DNA of 63,289 nt, filler included, from Octopus bimaculoides (lineage: Eukaryota), in the NCBI RefSeq assembly GCF_001194135.2. It is 7 parts of 7 records of this genome, joined end to end, with 100 filler letters (N's around TTAATTAATTAA, not from the genome) between each part and the next. Parts side by side here need not be neighbours in the genome. Positions count along the whole stretch, not along the records: positions 17,902 to 38,366 come from NC_068988.1; 6 more parts are not named here. The stretch is one strand, 5' to 3'. Shown one piece after another: positions 23,945 to 36,804 of this stretch (position 1 is its first letter; each line of letters starts with the position of its first letter). The position numbers and the translations under genes were made by a program. The notes below the pieces were generated by a model that did not search any database, was not told the DNA's origin, and saw only the letters and a program-made list of their open reading frames with translations.

Positions 23945-24634
23945 TTGGGTCATCCCATAAATAATGCGGTATTTTCAACTGCACAAACTAAATGTCTGAG
24001 GAGAACGGGATAAACTACCTGCATTGACTTGCTATAAAATCAGGTAGTAACTTTACCTTGTATTTATTCTTAGTGCAAGCTTTGAAGAGTGCAGTTCGAT
24101 TATAACAGTTATTTTTTCAAAGGAATGAGGGAAGTGACAAAGAAGCATATTCGGCATATTTTGCTTTATGAGTTCAATAAAGGCTACAACGCAACAGCAG
24201 GTGTGAGGAATATTAATGCGGTATATAGGGATCGGACAATAAGCATCAGCCAATGTCAACGGTGGCTCCAGAATTTCTGAGCTGGAAATTACAGCCTAGA
24301 AGACGAGCCTCATCCTGGAAGGTCTGTAGAGCTCGACGAGGACATCCTACAAACCCTGGTGGAACAAAATCTCATCGTAACTGTTGAGTAACTAGCACAG
24401 AAGCATGAATTTAGTCATTCAACAACTCATCGACACCTGAGTGCCATCGGAAAAGTCAGCAAATTGGCTTAACGAGTTCCTCACAAACTTTCCGAGTCTA
24501 ATCACGCACAGCGAGTGAATGGGTGCTCCTCTTTGCTGTCACGTCTCACGAATGAACCTTTCTTGGACCGGATAATGACTGGTGACGAGAAAGGGTTCTC
24601 TATGAAAATGTCAAGCTCCGACGACAGTGAGTAG
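23945..24634 (+). mobile_element. Mariner transposon 5' half, decayed, runs into a gap
   Basis: TA|ttgggtcatccc TIR. Translation MREVTKKHIRHILLYEFNKG...GRSVELDED...RVPHKLSE (cf. WVPHEL)...LDRIMTGDEK, with in-frame stops. Confidence 0.9.
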
Positions 24635-25838
24635 NNNNNNNNNNNNNNNNNNNNNNNNNNNNNNNNNNNNNNNNNNNNNNNNNNNNNNNNNNNNNNNNNN
24701 NNNNNNNNNNNNNNNNNNNNNNNNNNNNNNNNNNNNNNNNNNNNNNNNNNNNNNNNNNNNNNNNNNNNNNNNNNNNNNNNNNNNNNNNNNNNNNNNNNNN
24801 NNNNNNNNNNNNNNNNNNNNNNNNNNNNNNNNNNNNNNNNNNGTGTTGTGTTCTTGAGCAAGACACTTTATTTCACGTTGCTCCAGTTCACTCAGCTGTA
24901 GAAATGAGTAGATAATTCCTGGGTTCGATTTCTTCAACTAAAACCCTTTAAGGCAGTACTCCAGCATGGCCACAGTCAAATGACTGAAGCAAGTAAAAGA
25001 ATAAAGAATATTATTACATTTTCGAAGTTGTTATTTCTTTCTTTATCTTTTACATTTTTTTTTGTTCATTTTCGTTTCTTTTTTTTTTTAGTTGCTTCTT
25101 AAATGATGGAAATAAGGTATTTCTGACTGATATTCTTAGCAGGTCGAGCGACCGCGTATAGGTTTCCTTCATTGTCTCCTTGTTCTTTTGTTTATGTCAT
25201 TATGCCGACTTGAAACCGCTATTGATTAATCTTCTAAATATCGTTATTACAAATATTTGGCATTCAAAAAACAATCAAATAAACTGAATTTTCCAATATC
25301 ATTTTTTTATATAAATTTCCTAATTTTTTTTTAACGTTTCTTGCTTTCTTTCTTTTCTTTTATTTTTTGTCAACCTATCCTTTTGTTTCGCTTTCAATTA
25401 AAGAGAAAGAAAACAGAATATTTTTAAAAGAAGACATTAATAAGGTATTTGTTTTAGCGATGTTTGCGGTATTTGCGATGATAGCAGTTTTGTTTTTTTG
25501 TTTTGTTTTTTTTTAAAGTTTTGTTCACGGTGATTGTTGGGTTTGCTATGTTTTTATTGATTTGTCTTTTATTTATTTTTTGTTGATGTATGTGCATGAG
25601 TGTGTGTGTGAGTTCTCGCGTGCGCGCGCGTTTTGTTCCTTACATTTATACGCCTGTTGCCTTCGGTGCAAAAACAATGTGTTGCTCTCGTTGTGGTCTT
25701 TACAAATCCTGTCGGTTCTTTATATTCTCATAATTTAATGAAAATGTTGGAGAAATCTTGTAAATTCAAAATGCTTTTGGGTATTAAACAACAACAACAA
25801 CAACAACAATAACAATATTAATAATAATAATATTAATG

Positions 25839-25871
<33 letters not shown>

Positions 25872-26081
25872 TCTAAGATTTTTTTAAAAATTGAATCTGA
25901 ATGAATGTTTGTTTCTTCATTTAAATCTTTATGTGAGTCTTTATTCGTGATCGGAGATTGCAAAGAAACTTATTTCCAAAAGTAAAGTTTTTAGGTTTCT
26001 TGAAAGAAGTAAAATTTACAATTTGTATTCACAAGCAAAATGGACGAAGTTTGTCTTTCTCACTTCCTTTCTCTCTCTCCC

Positions 26082-26136
<55 letters not shown>

Positions 26137-26265
26137 CACTTTTCTTTCTCTCACACCCTTCTGTCCTTCCCCTCTCTCCGGGCCTCTCTTTTAATTCATA
26201 ATATGTAATTTAAAAATGAAAAAAACAATATAGATACATACACAATAATAATGATTATACATACA

Positions 26266-26326
<61 letters not shown>

Positions 26327-26789
26327 ATTGTTATTATTAAATATATGTAAAATTAAATGTAAAATTATAAATAACTTTTTTGCTTCCCCAAACGAAATGA
26401 AACACTATTGTGAGGTATATCTTTCATTGGACTAAGACAAGATAACCCCAAGCTATCATGTAACTTTTGTTTCTTCTTTATAGCATAATGTTCTTTGTTA
26501 TTTTTTTTCAATCCTTATGTTTAGTTTCAAGTATTTATTCATACTTATTTTTTTTCTTTTATATTTACTACTTTTTTTTGTATATTTTGCCAACTTATTT
26601 TCATGAACAAACAGAAACAGATCAATTTTTTCACCCGATTCACTTCTACTGACCCACCACAACCATTCCTACACCTCCAACTCCCTTACCAATGATGCCA
26701 CTAATAAACTCAACTATTTCAGACCACTGCTATTCAACTCTAAACCCTGCGTCATCACTGCCACTGCAGAACACATCAATAGCAATAGT

Positions 26790-27012
26790 AATATTGGTTT
26801 CAAATTTTGGCACAAGGCCAGCAAGTTTGGGGAAGGCTTAAGCCGATTACATCGACACCCAGTGCTTACCAAGTACTAATGTTATTGACCCCGGAAGGGA
26901 GGAAAAGTGAATTCGACCTCGGTAGAATTTGAGCTCAGAACGAAAAGATGGACGAAATGCCGCTAAGCATTTTGTACGGCGTGCTAACAATTCTGCCAGC
27001 TCACTGCCTTAA
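26790..27012 (-). mobile_element. MetaSINE-like SINE, full length, with TSD
   Basis: Family sequence; direct repeat agcaatagt at 26781-26789 and 27014-27022. Confidence 0.85.
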
Positions 27013-27036
27013 CAGCAATAGTTCCATTAAAATGGT

Positions 27037-27259
27037 TTAAAGTGGCGAACTGGCAGAATTATTAGTATGGCGGGCAAAATGCTTAGCGGCATTTCACCCG
27101 TTTTCACGGTCTGTGTACAAATCTCACCGAGGCCGACTTTGTCTTTCATCTCTTCCGGAGTCGATAAAATAAGTACCAGTTAAGCGCTGGAGTCGATTTA
27201 ATCGATTTACCACTCCTCCGAAATTGCTGGCCTTGTGCCGAAATTTGAAACCAATATTA
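27037..27259 (+). mobile_element. MetaSINE-like SINE, full length, inverted relative to 26790-27012
   Basis: ttaaagtggcgaactggcagaa head through ttgaaaccaatatta tail. Confidence 0.85.
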
Positions 27260-28221
27260 AGGTACTTTATACATAAGACCTACGTAAGTACAAATTCAAC
27301 CACTTAATACTAATTTATTGATAATTACACCCACACCTTGCCATAACCTGAACTAAAATATTAAAACGACACTTTAACTATAACTTCATTAACAATGTAA
27401 AAAATAAGAGATAACTAAAACCCGCGCTTCTTCTATAAACATTACAATAATATAAAGCCTACTTAACCACAATCTTAACCAGGATTTCAAGACACATTTC
27501 AAACATTGCATTGCCTAGAGCATCAAACCATGATATTTTAAATCTCAATCACAGCTTGGTAATAACACAGCTACAATTACACTTCAATTATAACCTCATT
27601 CAAGGCTGTGAGCGAGCAGAATTGAAATTGTATGGCAACCACAGAAGGCGCAAATGAGATCATCTCTAAACCCTCTCTCTACCAAGTAGAATTTCAATAA
27701 TTTGCAAGCATTACGTTTCATTATCTGATGGTCAAAGTTTGGCAGGATCGTTAGTACGCTGGACAAAATGTTTAGTGGAATTTCGTCTGTCTTTACGTTC
27801 TGACTGCAACTTACGCCGAAATCAACCTTGATTACAGAATAGATGTCGCTATCCTACAAAACAATGTCTATCACCCTGAATAATTTGGAGAAGGCTGTGG
27901 CCGCGACTCAGGGGATCCCTCCAAATGTTAGCCCACTTATTGTTCATTTCGCCACTGAACTTTCCGAGGAAGAGAAAAATGATCACTAACACGAGAACTG
28001 TGCATGAATATATTACTGTAGGAACGTCTTAGTACAAGGACAGACCGATCCACTCGGTCTGGGAGGTCGAAGTTCAGAGTATAAAACGATTGTCGCATCG
28101 GTTGCAAGAGTCACTGGATAGTAGATTGACAAAGTACTTGGCATTGACCACTTTAGGAATCAAGTGATTAAGCAATTTGCTTATGTGAAAGTGAAGACCT
28201 CACTTTTGTAATGAATTATAT

Positions 28222-28610
28222 GTGGCTGTGTGGTAAGTAGCTTGCCTACCAACCACATGGTTCCGGGTTCAGTCCCATTGCGTGGCACCTAGGGCAAGTG
28301 TTTCTACTATAGCCTGGGCCGACTAAAGCCTGGGCCGACTAAAGCCTTGTGAGAGGATTTGGTAGATGAAATCTGAAAGAATCCCGTCGTATATGTGCGT
28401 GTGCGTTTGTGTGTGTGTCCCCCCACCATCGCTTGCCAACCGATGTTGGTGTGTTATATCCCGTAACTTAGCGGTTCAGCAAAACAGTTCACTAGAATAA
28501 GTACTACGCTTACAAAGAATAAGTCCTGGGGTCGATTTGTTCTTTTAAAAGGCGGTGCTCCAGCACGGCCGCAGTCAAATGACTAAAACAAATAAGAGAA
28601 TAAAAGAAAA
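28222..28610 (+). mobile_element. Octopus-type SINE, full length
   Basis: gtggctgtgtggtaagtagcttgcc head to cagtcaaatgactaaaacaa tail; internal 16-bp duplication agcctgggccgactaa. Confidence 0.85.
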
Positions 28611-28613
28611 AGA

Positions 28614-28655
<42 letters not shown>

Positions 28656-29279
28656 AATGAGTATATGCATATATACGTACAAGTATGTGCATACCTGCAT
28701 CTACCTGTATGTATAGGTGCATATCTGGGTACAGGACGTTGCAAACAAAACGCAAACAAAAAATAATAATAACCAGAGTACAGAAAACACACAGGCCACA
28801 TAGAGAACATTTTCCTTCATCAGCTGCCACCATTCTAACACAGGCGTTTCGAAGAGTTAGGGCAGGACGCATCGTTAAAATGGCTCTTCCCACGGACCAC
28901 AAATTAAGGGGATATTTTAAATATGTTACAATTATCTTCAACTTATTGAATGTGTTTGAGTAACTATTTTCAAACAAGTTTTGATATCTGTAGCCAACAC
29001 ACTCACAAACAAACAAATGGACATACACCTACATACACATACACAGAAACAAAGGGATGTGCACACACACACATAAACAGACATACACATGCATACGCAT
29101 ACGCATGCAGGCACGTGCACACATATCTAATACAATTCCTGGTTGTTGTTCTAGATGAATGCAACATACAAACGCACGCATACAGAAGCACACGCACACA
29201 TACACGCGCAAACATTCTCGGATCAGAGATGAATAACTGACAAAAGGCAGCATATATCCTCCTTCCTTTCTTCCTCTTC

Positions 29280-29820
29280 CTGCTTATGATGATCACCATT
29301 ATCGTCATCATCGTCGTTGTCGTCATCATCAACATCATCACCACTACCACCATCATTACTGTCATCATCCTTAATATCATTGTCATCATCACTACTCTGT
29401 TCCTCCTCCCATTCCACTTCATAAGAATTACTCTCAGTCTCCACATCATCGCCTTTTCTCTCTGCAGTTCCTCATCCTAGCACTTTCCTATTTCTCCATC
29501 CTCATCAATAACATCACCAGCAGCTGCAGCAGCAGCCACAGCCACAATAATTACAACAACAAAATGAATTAGAGTCACTAATTAACGCTTCATTAGTTCC
29601 AGTGAAGTTGATTAGTCACGCTAGGCTGCAGCAGAATGTATATGTCAGTTCCCTTCACAGCTTCACCAAAAACACTTCTATGGAGACAGGCACCCAAGGT
29701 GACAAATTTGACAAGAAAGGAATACAACAACAACAACTACAAAAACAACAACAACTGCTACTACAGCATCATCATCTTCATCAAGAAGAATGATAGTGAT
29801 AAAGATGAGGAAGTGGTGGA
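29280..29820. repeat. Degenerate triplet-repeat region (ATC/ACC/CAA/CAG)
   Basis: Direct reading. Confidence 0.8.
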
Positions 29821-30108
29821 TACAGAGCAACTATGTGAACTATACGAACATGAATAACAAACAATAATAATCACACAAACGGCAGCAAAAGAAAAGATAT
29901 CTCCAACGGACATTTGAAACTTTGAAAGCGTTGAAACAACCTAAGGCGAAATTATTTAATTTTGTAAGAGGGGAAATGAAATATAAATTTATATCACGCA
30001 GATACATACGCGCACGCGTACACACACACATGTGCACATGTAAACAAAAGACACATGTAGGTGAATTCACACACATTGCACGTACATGTGTACAAATATA
30101 TACCATTC

Positions 30109-30141
<33 letters not shown>

Positions 30142-30762
30142 NNNNNNNNNNNNNNNNNNNNNNNNNNNNNNNNNNNNNNNNNNNNNNNNNNNNNNNNNNN
30201 NNNNNNNNNNNNNNNNNNNNNNNNNNNNNNNNNNNNNNNNNNNNNNNNNNNNNNNNNNNNNNNNNNNNNNNNNNNNNNNNNNNNNNNNNNNNNNNNNNNN
30301 NNNNNNNNNNNNNNNNNNNNNNNNNNNNNNNNNNNNNNNNNNNNNNNNNNNNNNNNNNNNNNNNNNNNNNNNNNNNNNNNNNNNNNNNNNNNNNNNNNNN
30401 NNNNNNNNNNNNNNNNNNNNNNNNNNNNNNNNNNNNNNNNNNNNNNNNNNNNNNNNNNNNNNNNNNNNNNNNNNNNNNNNNNNNNNNNNNNNNNNNNNNN
30501 NNNNNNNNNNNNNNNNNNNNNNNNNNNNNNNNNNNNNNNNNNNNNNNNNNNNNNNNNNNNNNNNNNNNNNNNNNNNNNNNNNNNNNNNNNNNNNNNNNNN
30601 NNNNNNNNNNNNNNNNNNNNNNNNNNNNNNNNNNNNNNNNNNNNNNNNNNNNNNNNNNNNNNNNNNNNNNNNNNNNNNNNNNNNNNNNNNNNNNNNNNNN
30701 NNNNNNNNNNNNNNNNNNNNNNNNNNNNNNNNNNNNNNNNNNNNNNNNNNNTATATATATAT

Positions 30763-30795
<33 letters not shown>

Positions 30796-30893
30796 CATGT
30801 GTACATACATACGTACATACATGCATACTTGCATATGTAAATATGTGTTTGTGTATGTGCGCTCGCACGTGTACATGTGTATATTTATGTATG

Positions 30894-30924
<31 letters not shown>

Positions 30925-30937
30925 TCATATATATCAA

Positions 30938-31600
30938 TCTATAATACATTAAAAATGAACTTCAATCTTGCTTGCTTGCTTGCAATGTTACACAGCCAAA
31001 TTGGCGCATAATAGGAAAATATTTTGAAAGAAAAGTGCCCTTGAAATGTGAATGCAAGCGAATAAAATAAATATCGTGTAACTCGGACCAGTGGTTATTG
31101 AGATATTCGGGGTTTTGGGGGTATAAATACCCCAAACGGTGCATAATGGGAAAATACTCCGAAAATAACTTAACCCTGAAAAGGAAGAAACTCTAACCTT
31201 AGAAACATTATGAAGGGCAAAATATTCATAAGCGAAAATGACTTTTAAAATACGGTAAATACTTCGTAAAAGGCCCGTTCGAATCATAGATTTCTTTCGA
31301 GTGTCTTCAACGTATCTCACCTCCAAAGATTTGGCTGCTATTTCTAGCACACCCTTCTATCAAGTAACAGCTATTAGCGAAAAAGGACCCGAATTACCTG
31401 TTAAGTGGTAACAGGGCGTGCAAGAAGTACCAGCCAAATCTTTCCTTTTCTGGGGAAAGGAGCCGTTCACGCGTAATTTCGATGTCACATTCGTTGAAAG
31501 CATGCGAAATAACCTGGAAAAGAAAATAACTACAAAACAAAACTAAGTTGCTGGGAAACTCAGACTTTCCCGGTGACCCAACGGGTCACGGATAGTCTAG
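30938..31600 (+). mobile_element. Non-autonomous Helitron, complete (663 bp)
   Basis: A|TC 5' end (tctataatacatt); 3' hairpin gtgaccc-aac-gggtcac (31573-31589) followed by CTAG|T (31597-31601). Confidence 0.85.
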
Positions 31601-32331
31601 TATTACATTAAAAATGAACTTCAGTCTTGCTTGCTTGCTTGCAATGTTACACAGCCAAACCAGCGTATAAGGGGAAAATACTTTGAAAGTAAAGTGCTCT
31701 TGAAATGTGAATACAAACGGAATAAAACAAGTTTTACGTAAATAGGACCAGTGGTTATTGAGATATTTGAGGCTTTGGAGCTATAAATATCCAAAGCGGT
31801 GCATAATGGTGAAAATGCTTCGAAAATAACTTAAACTCTAACATTTCCATTAGACACTTTATGATAGGCAAAATATTTTAAAGTGAATTTGACTTTAAAA
31901 ATACGATAAATATTCCGTAAAAGTCCCGTTCGTAACCTCGGTGTGAAATAGTTATTTTGATAGGTTTCTTCCGAGTATATTCAACGTATCTCACTTCCAA
32001 AGATTTGGCTGCTATTTCTAGCACGCCCTTTTACCACGTAACATCTATTTGCGATAAAGGACCCGAAATACCTGCTACGTGGTAGCAGGACATGCAAGAA
32101 ATAGCGGCCAAATTGTCTTTTTTTACAGAAAGGAACCGTTTATGCGTGATTTCGATGTCACATTCGTTGAAAGCACGCGAAGCAACATGGAAAAGACTAA
32201 GTCCACAAAACAAAACTCTGTTGCTATATATATATATTTATATTTATATATTTATATATATATACTAGACTACCCTTGACCCGTTGTGTCACCAGTAATT
32301 CAAGGTACCGGGAAAGTGTGAGTTTCCTAGC
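31601..32331 (+). mobile_element. Second head-to-tail Helitron copy with its 3' end inverted
   Basis: Aligns to copy 1 from tacattaaaaatgaacttca to aaaacaaaact..gttgc; the hairpin/CTAG end is found on the minus strand at 32264-32331. Confidence 0.8.
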
Positions 32332-32374
32332 GTGTATAAGGGATGACCACTAGGTGGACATCCAATATGCTAGA

Positions 32375-32890
32375 AAAGTGACAATTGGGTAAAAATATAC
32401 GAAGCCCAGTATACCAATCATGACCACCCGTCCGATATGGGTACACCAAGCACATGCATCAAAATCATATGTGCGCAAAATTCTGATCTCGTATCAAGAT
32501 AAACAGCACATGACCTTGCATGTAGGGCCCAGTTAGAATTTTTATCAGGTCGAGTAGCTATTCCGTTCAAAAGGTCTCTGAATAACGACTGTTTAAGGAT
32601 AATGAACAAAGCACTCATGCTTCCAGGGATGAATTATTCAAACCCCAAAGAATTCCTCCTGACATATGTCTCTGCTACTCCCCCACTACTCTTGTTCATG
32701 ATTAGAGATGCATATATCGTCAGCCACTAAGGGACATGCTTAGCCCATTATGGTCTGACAAGCAAATCTACAATTTTTACCAGAATATTTGCTGTAGCTC
32801 ATCTTTTAAACCAAGACAAAACATGTACATGATGACACTGCAATCTGTTAAGATCAGAAGCCATCAGAAGTCTGGTACTGGATCAAGGCA
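32375..32890. mobile_element. About 0.5-kb non-coding interspersed repeat abutting (ATT)n, copy A
   Basis: Aligns to 33114-33655 (gggtacacca.gcacatgcatca...gggcccagtta.aatttt...ccaagacaaaaca.tgtacatgat). Confidence 0.75.
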
Positions 32891-32952
<62 letters not shown>

Positions 32953-33035
32953 CATCATCATCCTCCTCCTCATCATCATCATCATCCTCCTCCTCCTCCT
33001 CATCATCATCATCCTCCTCCTCCTCCTCCTCCTCA

Positions 33036-33069
<34 letters not shown>

Positions 33070-33113
33070 CATTATTATTATCATTATTATGATTATTAAT
33101 TAATATTATTATT

Positions 33114-33652
33114 GAGTGAGAGAGCAGCGCACGCCATCATAGTGACACTGGGGTACAAACATATGAATCCAATATACCTATCAGGGCTACCCGTCTGATA
33201 AGGGTACACCAGGCACATGCATCACAACCATGTGTGCGCGACATGGTGATCTCATATCAAGATAGACAGCGCAGGACTTCGCAGGTGGGGCCCAGTTACA
33301 ATTTTCTTCAGATTGAGCAGCCCATCCCTGAATACGGTTTATTTAAGGATGATGAACACAATACCCATGTTTCCAGTGGTGAATTATGTAAACCTCAAAG
33401 AATTCCTTTCAACACATGGCTATGATGCTACCCCACTACTTCTGCTCGTGATCAGAGATACACATATCAGTCACGAACTGACATGCTGAACTGGTTAAGG
33501 TCTAGCAACTGACAAGGACATCTGTAGTTTTGAACAGCATATTTACGCTGTAGTCCCACTTTTATACCAAGACAAAACAATGTACATGATAACACTCCCA
33601 ATCGGTTATGATCAAAAGCCATGAGAGCCAGTGCCTGGTACTGCATCGGGGC

Positions 33653-33655
<3 letters not shown>
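33114..33655. mobile_element. About 0.5-kb non-coding interspersed repeat flanked by (ATT)n on both sides, copy B
   Basis: Paralog of 32375-32890; (ATT)n at about 33040-33113 and 33657-33748. Confidence 0.75.
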
Positions 33656-33750
<95 letters not shown>

Positions 33751-33875
33751 TAGTCTTATTTTTATCGCTTGCTTTCACTGCACTACCGAGCTTAGCTTTG
33801 TGTGCCTTGGGTATGTGCTGTGGTTTGTTGTGGTACTCTTATTTTCACTGTATTAAAAGTGTTTTATGTAAGATG

Positions 33876-34220
33876 TGTCTGTCGTGTCTGTGAATATATT
33901 CCTTCTTAGCCAGGACTGGGCAGTCGGAGACAATATGATTTATTGTTTCTTCTTCATCACCACATATTCTGCAGTTACTTGTATTTTTTACATTGCGTGT
34001 TTTTTTGGTGATTTCTGATAGGAAGGCTTTGATCTTGTGCTGCAATTAAAAATCTTTCAGTCTCTGCTTTGAGTTTTGATCTTCTCAGCCATTTTTTCCT
34101 TTTGTTCGTGTTTTGTGGTTATTTATACTAGTTTTCTTCGCTTCTCAAGTAGGTATTTCTGTAACCCTATAGTGGTTATTTTGTAATAGCTTTCTAGCTG
34201 TATAAAGCCTCTACCACTTC

Positions 34221-34221
<1 letters not shown>
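33876..34221 (-). mobile_element. R4/Dong-type (RLE) non-LTR retrotransposon fragment
   Basis: GRGFIQLESYYK; KWLRRSKLKAETERFLIAAQDQSLP; CRICGDEEETINHIVSDCPVLAKKEYIHRHDR (CCHC knuckle). The 5' end abuts (ATT)n at 34221-34291. Confidence 0.85.
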
Positions 34222-34293
<72 letters not shown>

Positions 34294-34843
34294 GAAAGGA
34301 TTGAGGTAACTCCTCCTGAAGATATAGAGTCAAAATTATTATTATTATTATTATTAATTGTCTTTATATTAACACTCTTACTCCCTTACTATATCTACGT
34401 TATTCTTCATATTTGCATTAATGTATTCCTATTAACACATCAGTAAGTCTTAATATATTTTTTCTTCATTATTCACGTGAATGGAGATATGTTGATAATT
34501 AAATTGTGTCTTTACGTTATAAAGAGTTATTCCTCTTCTACCATTGTAATGCTTTGCTCAATTTTGCAACTGCACGCAACGCTTGTTACGATATCTTTCT
34601 TTAATCTCCACTATCATTTTTCTCGATCGACAAACCAAATTCATCCTGAAAATCCTATATACTTTTGTTTCCAAGAGAACTTGACAGTGTATTTTCTTAC
34701 TTGTGCAAGCTATGGTGTCGTGACATTGCTCGTTACGTGGAAAGAATAACCTCAGCTAATAATAAAAATCTATCACTCTGCTACTTCTTTCATCAAGCTA
34801 TGAAAAGTCGAAACTATTTCTACTCTCAAAAGATGTAAGATAT

Positions 34844-35060
34844 GAAGATTCTATTTCCTCTAAACTATTCACAGCCTGCTAAGAAGAAATTGTTCAAAAA
34901 CTACATTGGGATGAAGATGAAACTGGAATAAGCATCGGCGGAGAATTTCTCACATACCTTCAATTTGTAGGCGACATAATATTAGTTTCAGGCCTGGAAT
35001 TCAAAATAATTTTGGAAGAACTAAATACAGAAAGCAAAGTGGTAGAACTAAGAATAAACA
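34844..35060 (+). mobile_element. RTE-like RT fragment
   Basis: EDSISSKLFTAC*EEIVQKLHWDE..GISIGGEFLTYLQFVGDII (cf. GDTISPKLF...HLRFADDI). Confidence 0.65.
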
Positions 35061-35739
35061 TCTTTTATCGTTCATCCTTTAGTTGTTTCAGTCATTTGAC
35101 TGAGGCCATGCTGGGGCATCACCTTGAAGGGTTCTAGTCGAACAAATCGACCCTAGAGTTTATTATTGTTTTCGAAGCCTAATACTTATTCTATCGGTCT
35201 CTGTTGCCGAACCACTAGTTTACAGGGATGTAAACAACCCTCACCGGTTGTCAAGCGGTGGTAGGGGACAAAAACTGACAGAAACACACACACACTCACA
35301 TAATTAATTACACATATATACGACAAGCTTCTTTCAGTTTCCGTCTACTAAATCCACTCTCAAGGCTTTAGTCGGCCTGAAGCTATAGTAGAAAACATTT
35401 GCCCAAGGTACCACATAGTGAGACTGAACCCGGGACCATGTGGCTGAGAAGGACAAAAACTCTCAACAGATGTTTTTTTTATTTTTTACTTGTTTCAGTT
35501 ATTAGTCTGTGACCATGCAGGGGCACCGCCTTCAAGAATTTTAGTCGAACGAATCAACCCCCAGTACTTCATCTTTTTTTTAGCCAGGTACTCATTCTGC
35601 CAGTTATTTGCACCGAATCGCTAAGTTTGGGAATGTAAATGCACCAACACCGGCTATCAAGCAGTAGTGAGTGACAAACACAGACACAACAGAGACATAC
35701 ACATACATAGACACACACACATGTGTGTGTGTGTGTGTT

Positions 35740-35816
<77 letters not shown>

Positions 35817-36143
35817 CGAGAGACAGAAAACTGTATTCACGAGACTTTATTATTCACTACGATCGTTTCGACCCATTGTGGGTGAAATGCTGTACAAACA
35901 GTTGTGATGAATCATAGCTGCAGATGTGTCTCGTCAGATGTCTTGTCAAAAAGTACCGCATTTTTTAAATCCCCGTTTCGCTTATTTCCGTTAGAATATA
36001 TTTTAGTAATTGTAGTTCACTACATATTTACACGAGAAACTTTTATAAGGAAGAACACGTTTCGTATAAGTAATAAAATGGCTTAGAAAGAATAGAAAAA
36101 GATAAAATGAAAAGTAAACAGATGAATCAAATATACTTTACAT

Positions 36144-36492
36144 CAGTGCTTCTCAACCGGGGTCCATATAGCCCCTGAATGACCATATAAGATTTTTTGG
36201 GGTCCACGCATCAAAATAATAAATTAGAGAGCCACAATAGAATTTTAAGGATCCCTGAAAAATTTTGCTTTAGATGTATGTATTGGTATGTTTTCCAAGA
36301 AACAGCTGTTTTTTTTTTCTCTAAATATTTTACATAGTTTAACCTACAGTTAACGTGTGAAAAACAAAATAGTAAATTTGAAAGGTGCTTCTATAAAATT
36401 AGTTTTTAAACACCGAATGGCTTATGGGGGACCACCAGAAGGAAATAGTAATCAAAGGGGTGCATAGATAAAAAAATGATTGAAAATCCTTG
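36144..36492. mobile_element. hAT-like MITE
   Basis: Left end cagtgcttctcaacc with decayed inverted right end (atgattgaaaatccttg); no TSD detected. Confidence 0.45.
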
Positions 36493-36804
36493 CACTTTGC
36501 ACTGATAATGAAAAACATTAAATAAAACAATAAAAGCAACCATGGATAGAACAAAAAACAAAACACTATATGACATTCAAACTGACCCTAGTTGACCCTT
36601 ACATTTTCACAAAGCAAAAAAATTTACACATATTCTCACACATAGACATATGCACATAGAACATATACACTTAGCATTTTCAGTATAGCAAGACATCCGT
36701 TGACAGGTCACACCCTCCCATATTAATACAAAAACATATATTCACATACAACACAATGTGCATCCACATATATACACATCCACGGAGGTGCTATGTAAAT
36801 AGAC

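Noticed and set aside
29922-30952. Long ORFs of 250-360 aa (also about 44941-46118, 52631-53436, 61628-62820)
   Set aside because: Made of N gaps plus (TA)n/(CA)n.
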